A DNA stretch of 52,635 nucleotides from Girardia tigrina. Lineage: Eukaryota. Both the position numbers and the translations under genes were made by a program. How positions within the stretch are numbered: position 1 is the first letter of the stretch; every line of letters starts with the position of its first letter. Below the pieces are notes generated by a model. It saw only the letters and a program-made list of their open reading frames with translations, was not told the origin of the DNA and ran no database searches. The stretch lies in assembly GCA_001938485.1 (NCBI GenBank), contig MQRK01246015.1, positions 1-52,635 on the forward strand, in the 5' to 3' direction. Positions 1-12,479 of the stretch are shown here, piece by piece.

Positions 1-149
1 AACGCTCTAAATCCTTCAGAATATGGAATTTTAATGATTTGTTTGTATTCTTCAGTATTTTCTTCTTTTAATTGTTTTTTAACTCGTGCATCTGTACATA
101 ATTTATCTAATGTTACCCTTATGTTGTGTTCTATTTGCAAATATTCTCT

Positions 150-586
150 GCATGCCTGGCGGCGATCTTCCTTCTAAAGATCCCCGAGGTGGTCCTCATC
201 CATCTCGACTGGTCTTCCGGAACGAGGAGCATCGTTGAGGTCGATATTAACGTGTTTGAAAATGGCAAACCAATCCCGAGAAGTTCTCTCAGCTACAGCG
301 TCCTCTCCATACACGGCACAAATATCTCTCATAGTTTCACTCGCTTTTTGACCTCGATTAAAGGCGAAAAGAAGGAGGTGTCGAAAATGCGATTTTGGTC
401 GACTTGAATATCCATTTGACGGTTCTAAAAGAAGACAAAAAATAATATAGGCAAAAGCGATTACTTTAATCTTGTAGAGCATAGCAAGGGCTTTCTAATG
501 GTATATAACACTGCGCCAAACATCAAAAAGTCTTTGTAGAACAATTAGTTTCATGTAACGGCGGGAACTTATGCAACAACCCAATA
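150..586 (-). mobile_element. Truncated mariner (Tc1/mariner) element: 5' TIR plus N-terminal HTH of transposase, frameshifted
   Basis: ORF 174-482 encodes HFRHLLLFAFNRGQKASE...WFAIFK...DAPRSGRP (mariner N-terminus). TIR-like TATTGGGTTGTTGCATAAGTTCCCGC on the minus strand at 561-586. Confidence 0.85.
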
Positions 587-589
587 TTT

Positions 590-3064
590 TAGTGGTTTCC
601 AACCTCCGGTTCGTGTTAAAATTTTTACTCTTTAAAAGTTTTTGACAATTTGAACTTTAAACCAAAATATAAAGAATGCAAAATTATCACTGAAGACAAG
701 AATTCAGTTCAAAATAGAAAAATCATTTCAAAATAATAAATCTCAAGTCAAAGTAAAAAAGAATAGCTTCAAAATAAAAAATCAATTCAAATTCAAAGTC
801 TCAATTTAAAATAAAAAATTCTCAATTTAAAGTGAAAACCCTATAAGTACAAAATTTATAAGTTTTATTGATAATTGTTTGAATCAGTATAATTAATTTA
901 GAATTTAAATTGTTTATTTTTACATTTTCAAATCTAGGGGTTGAAAAAGTTACAGAATGAAACAGAAAAAGTTTGAAAGCTTTTTTAAACGCGGGTTTCG
1001 TCGAAAAGAATAACGTAGTACTGATACAAGTGCTGAATGTGTGCCGAGTATATTGAGTTCTGATGTTCAGTTGATAAAGCAATCAGATAATGATGGTAGA
1101 GAAATTCATACAAGAAAGAAGCTGAGACAAAGTTTTGTTCGACATTATGATAAAGAGTATACGAAGTTTGGTTTCATTATCGCACCAGGAAGTGATATTT
1201 TACCTCGACCACTTTGCGTCATTTGTTCTGAGATGTTGTCTAATGATGCCATAAGATCATCAAAGCTTGGTTGACATTTGAATACGAAGCACCGAGATCT
1301 TGCAATGAAATCATTGTCATTTTTTGGGGCGACTATGTAAATATTTAGATAATCAGTCAAGATCTATGATGAAAAAGAAGACTGCTGATAAATTTCTCCT
1401 GGAAGCATCGTTCTGTGGTGCTTTGAACACTGCCAAATGTAAAAAAGTATTCACAGTTGCTAAAAACTTATTAAAACCGAGTCTCATTGAGGTTGCAACT
1501 AAAATTCTGGGTTCTTAAGCTGCTGATAAACTGAAGATGATTCCTCTTTCTAATAACACAATTCAAAGAAGAATAGAGGAGATGGCTGCAGATGTGGAAG
1601 AGCTTGTGATCGAAGGAATTAAAAACTCACCATACTTGGCAATCCAGTTGGATGAATCTACAGACCTCAGCAACTATGCCATTCTTCTCTGTTTTGTCCG
1701 TTATGAAGATGAAGGAGACATTAAAGAAAAACTTCTGCGTGTCCTCGACTTGCCTGGACGCAAAACCAGCTCAGAGATATTTGGTGCTTTATTAGTTTAT
1801 TTTGAAGAACACAACCTAGATTTAAGAAAGTGTGTTGGAGCATGCACAAATGGTGCTGCTAGCATAAGTGAATTGCATTCAGGTACTTTTGCAAAATTGA
1901 AGCAAGTGGGTCATACAGACATGTTGTTCACTCATTGTATGATCCATCGAGAACAACTAGCGACAAAAAGACTGTCTTTTGACTTAAATAGGATACTGAA
2001 TGAGGTGGTGAAGATTGAGAATGAAATTCAAAGTCGATCTTTGAATTCTCGTCTGTTTCAGATGCTGTGTGAGAATATGGATTCTGAGCACCAGCAATTG
2101 ATATTACATTCTGAAATGAGGTGGTTATCAAGAGGTAAGGTTCTTTTAAGATTCTTTGAATTGAGAGTAGAAATAAAAGAATTTCTACATGTTCAAAAGT
2201 CCGTTCATGTGTACTTTCTAGAAAATAAGGAATGGATTGCGTAGGTTACTTACTTGGCTGAAATATTCTCAATTTTCAATAATTTCAACTTGTCTCTCCT
2301 AGACAGTATGGCGAATATTTTCACATTTTGGAATAAGGTGGAAGCATTAAAAAATAAACTGTTATTGTGAAAGCAGTTCTTAATAAAAAAAGAATTGCCG
2401 ATGTTTATCCTTCTGGATGACTATTTGATGTCTACTGACTTGAACCGAACAGTTATTTGCAGTGTAGTAAATCAGCATCTGCAAGCTTTGACGAGTAATT
2501 ACCCTAAAGGTGAAGATTCTCGCACCTAAAACGTTTGAATTTGTGATCCATTAAAAAGAAACAATAACTATACGAAACTTACACCAAAAGAGGAAAATCT
2601 CATTGAATTGTCAGCTGACTGCACCCTAAAAATAAATTTTAAATCAATGCCTTTGACACAGTTCTGGAAGAGTATTCGATTATCAATGAAAAGGTTTTGA
2701 AGATTTTGATTACTTTTGCAACAATATACCTTTGTGAAAAAAACGTTTTCTTCCATAAAGGCTCTTAAAACCAAATATCGAAACCGACTTCAAGAAAATA
2801 CTGCCTATCTGAAACATCGTTAAACCCGCGCCTTGAAAAGATTTTAAATAAAAAGCAGCAGTATATTTTACATTGATTCGATATGATTGTATTGCGTTGT
2901 GATTTGTGTCCCACTGTAATTTTTAAATAAAATTGATGTGAAATTTATTAAATTTATTTCTATATGATATGCATCAAGTAATATAATTAATATATGCTGA
3001 CCGGTCCGCAAAGAAATTAATATAATTTTACAGGTCCGCGATCAAAAAAGGTTGGGAATCGCTT
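590..3064 (+). mobile_element. Decayed hAT Buster/Charlie-type (ZBED5/SCAND3-like) DNA transposon
   Basis: Imperfect TIRs TAGTGGTTTCCAACCT (590) and AGGTTGGGAATCGCTT (3049-3064). Transposase pieces: PRPLCVICSEMLSN..KL..HL..KH, LSNNTIQRRI, IQLDESTD, HCMIHREQL, EMRWLSRGKVL. Confidence 0.9.
1041..2876 (+). pseudogene. Buster-type hAT transposase pseudogene (ORF pieces 1041-1274, 1324-1518, 1537-2244 and downstream remnants)
   Basis: Collinear hAT motifs broken by stops and frameshifts. Confidence 0.9.
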
Positions 3065-3399
3065 ATCTATATCATACTAACGAGAGCTGATTTTGGCCTC
3101 ATACACCTGGCATTAAGCTTGTGTATGTCTTGAATAAGGAAAGTCTTCATCATCTGTTACTGGTTGCTAATGACTGGGGATTGAGCGGCAAGTTGAAGAT
3201 ATTAAGCTCAGAGTAGATTATATAAATCAATAATACATGTAAACATATTTCATTGGTGGTTACCAATAGACTGGGGACTCATAATCAAATTTTTTAAGTT
3301 CTCGAAAATGTTCAAAAGAAGACCGCCTCAACAAATGATTTTTTGGATTTGTATTGATCTAAATTCAGATGTTATTAAAAATTCTACTTTCATAAACAT

Positions 3400-4263
3400 T
3401 ATTACGTGAGCTTGAGTTCAACAAAAATCCCACTTGTTACGCTGGAGATCCTGAGCAACCCAATAACGCCGCCAGCCCACATGCCAGGAGCCTTTGAGAG
3501 AAGAGTAAGTTGGTTATAGTCTAACTCGACTATAACTATCATTTAAAAATAGGTCCCTAGAGCATGTGGGACGACAACAGAAATTGAGGATCCGCTGTCC
3601 CTTTGTATCCATCAAGAGAACCTTCAGATTGATTACAAGCTAAAAATGAATTAATTAAAAGTCAGAATTTTCGAAAGGTTCATAAAAACTGACCCGAAAG
3701 CGATAGAGGCCCGAAAAACTAGACAGGTGTAGCTCTCCCGCAGTAGATCCAGTACAGCCTCGAACACAGTCATAGAACATCTGGCAACCCCTTAGATAGG
3801 TCCTTGAAAAAGCTGAAAAATCAAAACAAAGATGAAGTTAAACTAATTAAGAAAATTAATTAAAATCAAACCATCATCCGATTGCCAGACAGCTGTGGAG
3901 ATGGATTCCGGGTCGTTCTGGGTGAGAGATAATTAAATAAGGACATCTTTATGACATGCTTACCAGAACTGCACAGTCCACTTGAATGCCGTTACAGTCG
4001 CGGAGATAGGGAGGCCAGTCCTCAATGAACAGCGATACAACGGCATAATTATCTAAATTAAAAAATAATAAGATAAACAGCTGTTAATAATAAGGACAAA
4101 CAATTACCAATAGGCGATCATATCTGCTAAATGCATTGCAGATGAGTGGGTGATGTTCTGTCAGGGGTGACAAAACTGTGACGGCTCGCATTTCCGACAA
4201 TCCCGATTGGCGTGCATGCACCGACGGACAGGTGGCATCGGTGTCCTTAAGTCGGGTGGCAGT
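3400..4263 (-). pseudogene. Cryptic multi-exon gene or pseudogene of unknown product
   Basis: Four AT-rich minus-strand GT-AG introns (4053-4107, 3918-3963, 3813-3871, 3640-3693) separate GC-richer exons. Spliced frame: DNYAVVSLFIEDWPPYLRDCNGIQVDCAVL|NDPESISTAVWQSDD|AFSRTYL...YRFR|LVINLKVLL. The upstream exon has stops in this frame. Confidence 0.5.
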
Positions 4264-5699
4264 CTGCAGATAAACGGACGATAATAATTATTATTATCCT
4301 CTCTCATCCTGTTCTTTGCAGTGTGTGTCGGGTTATATGTTAAGCCAATATTTTATAAATACCCGGCACACCGAACAAGAAATCCGCTACTTGCACATTA
4401 CACACACAACAGTAAATTGCAAAAATTATATAGCAAAGTTTATAAATCGCGCGCACACAATAAACTCTATTATATAACAGAATATATTCTATATTATATT
4501 ACAGAAATTTTGAAATCATTTTTTTCAACCATTGTGGAATCCTTCGACAAGTATGAATTTTGATTTTAGAATTTATAATTATTTATTATTTGATTGACCG
4601 TTTGTGTTTATTTAATTTAATACTTTTAATTGTTATTTTATTTTGTTATTTTATTCTACAATATATTTTATTGAAATATTGATTTATTTATTTAGAAGTT
4701 CTATTATTTAATTTTTTTTCTTCGTTTAAATTTATATAATTCACCCAATTTTATTTAATTTAATTTTGTATGAGAAGACTTATTGAGAGTTTTACGCGAG
4801 TTAGGGCTCGAGAAAGAAACATGCTGACTAAGGAGGAGATAGCTTGGTGAGAGAGGGAGACCCATGTACAGATTATAAATAGTAATAATTAAGTATTAAC
4901 TGATAAGGGACTCAAAACGAATAATATATATTTGTTTTTAGTTGCATTTCGGATAGGACGAAATAAATACTTTGCATTAGGTATTTCGTCATTATAGGGT
5001 ATTTTCTTTCAGTACTATTGTTAATTTTAAATGAAAAGTTCTTTCATTCTTATTTTTAATTAAACTTAATAAAATTTTCATAAGAGGGTGAAAAATAATA
5101 TTTATATTTTTTGTAATACGTATTAATTATGTTATTAATTTTCTTCAGTAATTATGGTTCAAGCGACAATAAACAATTCAATTTATTAATCAGTGTGTAT
5201 AACAACAATGGATTTCATCAAAAATTTAGATACTTAAAGAGTATTAAATGATAAATGATATTATATAAATGATATGAAATTATATAAAGAGTATTAAATG
5301 ATATATTAAATAATATAAATGAATATAAATGAGATTTAACTGCGTGAATAAAGTTGAGTAATAATATAATTAACGATAATAAAACAATTAATATTAAGGA
5401 ATATTAAAAAATAATAAGTATTAAATGGTAATGATAATATTCATAGAGATAAATACGAATACAATTAAATATAAATATAATCAAGTGTATATATATGTAT
5501 AAATTGCTTAAACACAAAATATTTTTAATCACATTTGCTTATTTATTTCCCTAAAAAATTAACGGAATTTGAAATTCGGACGCTAAGAATTGTTCAAATT
5601 GTATTTTAATATTTCTAATTTCAACTTGATGTTTATGTTTTATTATCTGATTTTATTAACGTTTTTACCGTTTTCAAACAATATGAATTTCAATGGTTA

Positions 5700-6090
5700 T
5701 CCAACGATCATTATTGTGGAAAAATAATTTTCGGAATTATATATCGATAGATTGAGTATATGACGGTAAATAGGATTGCGATAACGGTTCCAACGAACGT
5801 AATTGTCCGAAATTTACTTGTGATTCAACGAAATTTGCTTTTCGAATTCAAACCAATGTTTTGAGAGATATTACCATTGTGATGGGACGCCTCCTTGTTT
5901 GGATGGTAGCGATGAAGTTTGTTGTAGTAAATTATGTGACAGAAGGACACAGTACGATAGTAAGAATGGTGTAAATTCATCATGTATTCCAGTCGAAAGT
6001 GTTTGCAATGAAGACGGAGATGCTTGAATAAACCGAATTATTCAATCGAATTATTCAGTATGCGAGGGGCACGCGGATTGATCGACGTTC
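5700..6090 (+). pseudogene. Decayed tandem LDL-receptor class A (LDLa) repeats
   Basis: Manual translation gives DCDNGSNERNC, QCFERYYHCDGTPPCLDGSDEVCC, SCIPVESVCNEDGD and VCEGHAD*, with stops and frameshifts. Confidence 0.75.
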
Positions 6091-7584
6091 TATATATCCT
6101 AAATAATAATTCTTGAGTACTATTTACGACCCAAGAAGGAAACAATTTCTACCCCTCAGGAACTGAGCTAACAGTCAGGCCATACTCAATACTGGTAGAG
6201 AACCCGAAGGCGCTCTGAAGCGCACACAACTTTTTGATGTGCGTGGAGGAGATGCGTCTGTTCTCCATGAGTGTAGTTTTAAGGTACTGGAGCGTAAATC
6301 GCGTGATAGAGTTGCCGTTGAACTCGAAAAAACGGATTGGGACACTGAGCTTACAAAATATTGGAAAAAGGGGAACACGACACACTGCTAGATATTCAAT
6401 CCGACAACATTTCGGAGACTATTTCCCAAAACAATGAGTTTGCCTATTCTACATATAGCATAAACAGAAAAAAAATTTTACTGCTCTTTATTACATTTTT
6501 GGCTCATGTGCCGTTTTTTTGTCAATTCCAGAACTGTATGTATTTTTTCTGAGATTTCGTGGTTAATGACATGTGTAGCATTTCTTATCGTTCGATAATG
6601 TTACTGTAGGTAATTGTCTTGACTGAACATTGTTTACACATTTTCTATCTACTCCTTGAATTCTGTGATTTCATAACACGATAACTTCAAACCACATCGA
6701 TCTGGCTCTTCTTCTTTTGGTTTATTTCGTAAACGAGTGCGACAAATTCAGATATTTCCTTTACACTTTTTTGTTTTGAAAATTTTATGGCACAGAGAAC
6801 AGTATTATCGTCAAAATCAAATTATTAACATTTGATTGTGTAGTTCTTCTTCTAGTCTTCGCAAAAACGCATATTTTTTTCTTTTTTCTAAATTAAAAAA
6901 TATATAAATGCTCTCAAGAATTTCTTTAAAAAATCAAAAATTGAAAATATTTATTTAAACAATTTTTCTTTAATTCTTTTTTTTACATTTTTAGTAATTT
7001 GTTTTAACAAAAAACACAAATTTTGATGTATCGCGTCTTTTTTGAAAATAATTAGTAACACTCTTTTACAACTATGAATTTTATTAAAAAATGTATTAAA
7101 CACAAAGATTATTTGTTTCAAAAAATCTTGTATTTTTCAGTTAAGTTTAATGTATAGATCATTTTAAAGAAAAAGATTTTTTTATTTTAATTAAAAACTT
7201 TAGGTTTTGACATAATCTTACTTTGCCCATTCTGAATGTTAATTGATAGGTTGTAGTGTCTTATTAGTAGACATTCACAAAACTGTCGTTTGTAATGTGA
7301 ATCAAATCCATTTTGTAGAACAGAAAATTCATCTTTTGAAATGGATGAGGTTCTATCCTTACAACATAACCAATGATCAAGAATCTTACTTTTTTAATTA
7401 AAATATTTTTGCCGTTATTACCAAATATAATACTTTAATAAATAATAATATTTAATTTGGAATATACCTTTTAAAGTTAATGTATCTATTAAAATTGTAT
7501 TAAAATTGTTGATGATGATGTATATAAACATCGAAAAATGTCCAATAATTATATAAAAAAGCTTTAATCAAATTATATTTTAAA

Positions 7585-7657
7585 TATATATATATATATA
7601 TATATATNNNNNNNNNNNNNNNNNNNNNNNNNNNNNNNNNNNNNNNNNNNNNNNNNN

Positions 7658-7692
<35 letters not shown>
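7585..7692. repeat. (TA)n microsatellite spanning an assembly gap
   Basis: Direct reading. Confidence 0.95.
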
Positions 7693-7695
<3 letters not shown>

Positions 7696-8203
7696 GAAAT
7701 TCTTCGGACAGAAGTAAATTAAAAAACGATTTTAACTAATAATTTAAAAGCTTCAACCTTTTTAAACTAATTTTTTTATTGAACAGTAAAAATGTAAAAA
7801 GTAATACCTCGAAATATTCTATTTAAGAAATTTTATCATTGAGAGTTTTCTAGTATTAAATGTAATGCACAAAATTTTTTTTTATCACTGAACTTTTTCT
7901 GGGATAAATATAACGAACAAAATTGACTTTTTCAAATAAGAAAAACATTTAAAAAGTTTATTATCAAATTCAATTTTTTAACACACATTTACTTTAAATA
8001 TTTGTAGTAAAATTTTGAATATCTTTTTATAATTAAAATTACAAAAACCTTTATTTATCGAGACAAAAAATATTTATATATTACCTTTAATATCATTAAA
8101 AAACAAAAACAAATTAAAAAAAGCTCAAAAATCCTAAATTTGTTTTAATAAATCAATTTCGCTAATTGTAAATATTCAAAATCAACAAACACGCTTTTAC
8201 CAA

Positions 8204-10654
8204 ATGTCACGTTATTCGTCCCGTCACAGCAACGACCGTTCATTGTTTTGCGATGAAAATTATGACCACAGAAACGATTATCGTGACGAAAACTACCCTC
8301 ACAGACCCGATTACCCACACGATCGATACGAATCGACCCGCCTATTACATAAACACGATTTTCACTCACGTTCACGTCGCTATGACGAATCAGAATATAC
8401 GAAATACCGACATCGATCGCGCTCTCGCTCACACTCTCGCTCTATCGATCGTCACTGTAAAGACATCAGCAACAGAACGAGTGAATTCGATTTTCATCGC
8501 CACAGATATAATTCATCACACTCGACATATAACGAAACTCGAATAATCAATTTCCGAAATCGACATGAAAATCGCGATTACAACAATCGATTTTACGATC
8601 ATTTGAATGATGTCAATGAAGAATTCGAAATCGATCGATATGAAACGCGTCGAGAACGCCAAAGGGAACTTTTCACACCGGACAGAAGAACAAGACGGAA
8701 ATCGATTTCTCGCGACGATTCACATGATCGATATTATCATAGCAACCGTGACGATTATCGATTTATGAATGGTGGTGAAAATGGGGTGAGGAAAACGTCA
8801 TTGTTAGGCGATGGACCGAAAGAGTGTTTGATTAGAGAACGGAAACGGAATAATGTGCCGTTGAAACGGAAGAAATTCGGGAATAAAATAATTAAGAGGC
8901 AAGTGGTCGATGAAAGAATTGGTCGGGAAATACAGAGTGATAGAAAGAGTGAATGGGCCGAAGAATCGGATGAGGAAACCAAGAACTCCGATTGGAATGG
9001 CAGTGATAAGTCAGTTGATCGGAAGGAATTTGGGGAAGAAAATGAGAGAAATTTTCGGGAAAAAATGATGGATAGAGAGAGCGAATGGCTCGGAAATTCG
9101 GATGAAAATGATAACCAAGTTAAGAATACCGATTCTATTGTTAGTCAGAAGTTAAACGATCAAAGTGTGATAGCAAAAAATTGGGGGATAATAAAAACGG
9201 ACAGAAAGGGCGAATGGCTTGAAGAATCAGACGAAAACGAAGAAGAAATAATAAAAAATTCCGATTACAATAACAGTCATCAGTTCTATCAAAATGGATT
9301 GGTTGATGGAAATGAAAGAAATTCTTCCGAAATAAAAATTGATGGAAAGAGCGAATCGCTTGGAAATTTGGATGAAAATGATAACGAAGTTAAGAAATCC
9401 GATTCCAATATAAATGAGAAGTTAAACGATCAAAGTGTAGTGACAAGAAATTGGGGGAAAATAAAGGCAGACAGAAAGAGTGAATGGCTTGAAGATTCGG
9501 ATGAAAGTGAAGAAGAAATAAAGAAATCCGATTTTAATAATATTCTGAAGGTAAACGATCACAATGTAACTGCCGAAAGGAAATTTCCGGAGGTAAATAT
9601 CGATAGAAAGAGTGAATGGATTCATGAGTCGGATGAAAATGAAATTAAGAAATCCGATTCTAATATAATTCCGAAGATAAATGATCAAAGTGTAATGCCA
9701 AGAAATTGGGGGAAAATAAAGGCAGACAGAAAGAGTGAATGGCTTGAAGATTCGGATGAAAATGAAGATGAAATAAATAAATCCGATATTAATATTAATC
9801 AGAACTTAAGCGATCAAAGTGTAACTTTAATAAAAGTTAATAACGATAAAAAAAGTAAATGGCTTCAGGAATCAAATGAAAATGAAGGAGTAATATTAAA
9901 AAAATCGGTTGCTAGTAACAATCATAAGTTTATATATCAAAATGGATATGTTGATGGTAACAACAGTAATTCTTTCGAAAAGAAGATTGATAGAACGAGC
10001 GAATTGTTTGAGGAATCAGATGAAAGAACGATTGGTAATAGTGGTCATAAATTAGTCGATCAGAATGGATTTGTGGGGGAAAGTGAAAGAAATTTTCGAG
10101 AATTAAAGATTGATAGAAAAAGCGAATGTCTCGAAGAATCAGCGGCAAACGAAAAAGAGATAATGAAATCGGATTGTAATAATAACTATGATAATAATTA
10201 TATTAATCTCCATGAAGATAAGAGTTACGATATTGAATACAATCCATTGAGAATTGATTTAGCTGATAATAGTCGTATAAATTACATGGATAAAACACAT
10301 TCATTAGTGCAAAATGAGCATTTAAATCAAGGTTATTATTTATTTAAGTGCAGCAATGTTATTTCTATGGAACATCCGACCGCCGGTTTTAAAGAATCAT
10401 ATTTAAATGATTTGAATATTAAATCGGAGTTAGATAAACAGATTAGGTCCTTAGCAAACATGTTGACTTCGTCCCCGTCCAACACCCCCAAGCAAGATCA
10501 ATCACCTAAAACCAAAGCAATCGTTAAAATGAAGTGGGCGCTGACGCCTCTTGAACCACCGATACGAAGGCTCATTTCCGAATCCGATGTCGATCTCAAG
10601 ACATGCAGCGAGGCCGACCCCAGACTCAGACACCTTTTGAGATTAACATTTTAA
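8204..10654 (+). CDS. Intronless 816-aa protein: Arg/Ser/Asp/His-rich (RS-like) N-terminus, ~10 central W-acidic repeats, C-terminal DPR motif
   Basis: Uninterrupted 2.45-kb ATG ORF in AT-rich DNA. Contains RHRSRSRSHSRS, repeats of DRKSEWLE(E/D)SDE, and ends CSEADPRLRHLLRLTF. AATAAA downstream at ~10951. Confidence 0.85.
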   Translation: MSRYSSRHSNDRSLFCDENYDHRNDYRDENYPHRPDYPHDRYESTRLLHKHDFHSRSRRYDESEYTKYRHRSRSRSHSRSIDRHCKDISNRTSEFDFHRHRYNSSHSTYNETRIINFRNRHENRDYNNRFYDHLNDVNEEFEIDRYETRRERQRELFTPDRRTRRKSISRDDSHDRYYHSNRDDYRFMNGGENGVRKTSLLGDGPKECLIRERKRNNVPLKRKKFGNKIIKRQVVDERIGREIQSDRKSEWAEESDEETKNSDWNGSDKSVDRKEFGEENERNFREKMMDRESEWLGNSDENDNQVKNTDSIVSQKLNDQSVIAKNWGIIKTDRKGEWLEESDENEEEIIKNSDYNNSHQFYQNGLVDGNERNSSEIKIDGKSESLGNLDENDNEVKKSDSNINEKLNDQSVVTRNWGKIKADRKSEWLEDSDESEEEIKKSDFNNILKVNDHNVTAERKFPEVNIDRKSEWIHESDENEIKKSDSNIIPKINDQSVMPRNWGKIKADRKSEWLEDSDENEDEINKSDININQNLSDQSVTLIKVNNDKKSKWLQESNENEGVILKKSVASNNHKFIYQNGYVDGNNSNSFEKKIDRTSELFEESDERTIGNSGHKLVDQNGFVGESERNFRELKIDRKSECLEESAANEKEIMKSDCNNNYDNNYINLHEDKSYDIEYNPLRIDLADNSRINYMDKTHSLVQNEHLNQGYYLFKCSNVISMEHPTAGFKESYLNDLNIKSELDKQIRSLANMLTSSPSNTPKQDQSPKTKAIVKMKWALTPLEPPIRRLISESDVDLKTCSEADPRLRHLLRLTF
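8935..10170 (+). repeat. Coding tandem repeat array (~120-140 bp units) inside the 816-aa ORF
   Basis: Ten DRKSEW/DRESEW/DRKGEW-like units; NWGKIKADRKSEWLEDSDE occurs twice identically. Confidence 0.9.
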
Positions 10655-12479
10655 ATCGAGATTATTATTTAATGTTTTCAATCGAGAAGAATGATATATG
10701 TGTGTGTGCGTGTGTATATAATTGAAGGTCCCTAGAATTATTGTTGAAACAAGGTCGGCATTTATTGAACATAGAGACCAATGATAATAATACGCCATTG
10801 AAGAACAAGATTATTTGTCATGTTTTCGTAATTTATCGATGTTATTTATCTGTGTTTGCGCTTTAAAAATAGCATTTCATTTGTATAAAATGTGAAACTG
10901 TTTTACATATTTGTACAAATTATTTTATCAATTTTACTGAAATTGAGTCGAATAAATGTTGATAAGTGTCGTCAGTGAATTGTGTTTTGTATTGGATTAA
11001 ATCAACTTGTGAACTAGAATGATAAGGAACAACAGGAACAATACATGGGCTTAACTCGATACATTTTTAATTACAATTGGTTTTCTAAGAAGATATTGTT
11101 ACTTTTTATTTTCCTTTACTAATTACAAAAAACAATTACATATGCAACTGGAAAAGCATTAAATAAACGTTTTCAAGCGGATTATTTTGTTGGACAGAAT
11201 ACAATGGAACTGTTACAATGCAATGATGCTTTGAGAAAATTTAGTTCTCGTTAACATTTTTTCATGCTTTATTACATCTTACTACATAGTAACACTGGTG
11301 ACAATGTGGTAATTAAGTAACTCAATCTGGAAAGTTTACTTTTGATGAGGATAGAACATTTGTAAATCAAACATTTACATATGGGATTGGGAAATCTTTC
11401 AACTCATAAAATTGAATAATGCATTGAGAAAATTTAATTCTCGTTATCATTTTATCACTTTCCACTAATATATACTTTAATATAAATAAATATGCGGCAG
11501 TATTTTTATTGACAACACCGGCCTCAAATGAAAACCCTTCTGTTTTTCTGTTAACAAGTTATTAAAATTATGTTTTTCTATAAGTGATAATATGACTAAC
11601 TTCAAGTGCTGAAATGTATTTTTAATTAATCATTCAGAGAAGAAAGCTGCTTATCACAATACATTATTTTTGATTTTCCTTCTTGAATATATTACTTTAA
11701 AAAAATTAACGAGTGTTTTCATAATTATATTTTCAAAAATATAACTTAAATATATTTATTTTTCTTATATTTATAAAAGATCAGTTAAACTTATGCTAAT
11801 TTTGTAACTTAACAAAATTAATTGTTATTTAAAATGTAGTGAGATTTAGATCTTCAAGATTTATCAACAAAAATAATTCTTAATCGAAAATGCATTTATC
11901 TTTCAGTGCAGTATTATAGCTGTTATGTAATTAAATGCGCATTTTCGTAATAATTATATGTGAATATGGTATAGCGTGTGATATATATAGGCGAGTATTA
12001 TACAAGTTGTTGCTTGTTCTTGTTCATTGTGTTTATGTTACATATATCTTGTTTCTTTTCACATTGAATTTTGTATCTTCAATAATATCTTGGTCAATTC
12101 CAATGATTGATTTATCGTTTGAATGTTTAAAATAATTTGATTATCTATTTGACAGAATTTTATAATAGTGTAAAGCAACTTTGACATCAAATGCAATTGA
12201 TTCATTACCCGACAAACATACCTTGTATCAATTTGTAGAAAGGGTTTTTTGACATTTTTGCGAGGGCGGCGTCTTTTTTGAAGTTTTTAAACGAATTTCA
12301 AATCAAAGTCTCAAATCAGTCGACGAAAAAATCATAAAAATTTTACTCTAAATTTTATAATTCAGAATAACAATGTATTCAAATCACACCAAAAAATTAA
12401 ATATATTAATAAATACTTATACTTCAATATAACCTTTGCTTAGATACTCTTTAATTAAAATTCGTTCGATTCGATTAAA

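Noticed and set aside
6100-6872. Possible LINE ORF2 (+) and ORF1 zinc-knuckle (-) remnants
   Set aside because: Only weak motifs with many stops; cannot be supported without a search
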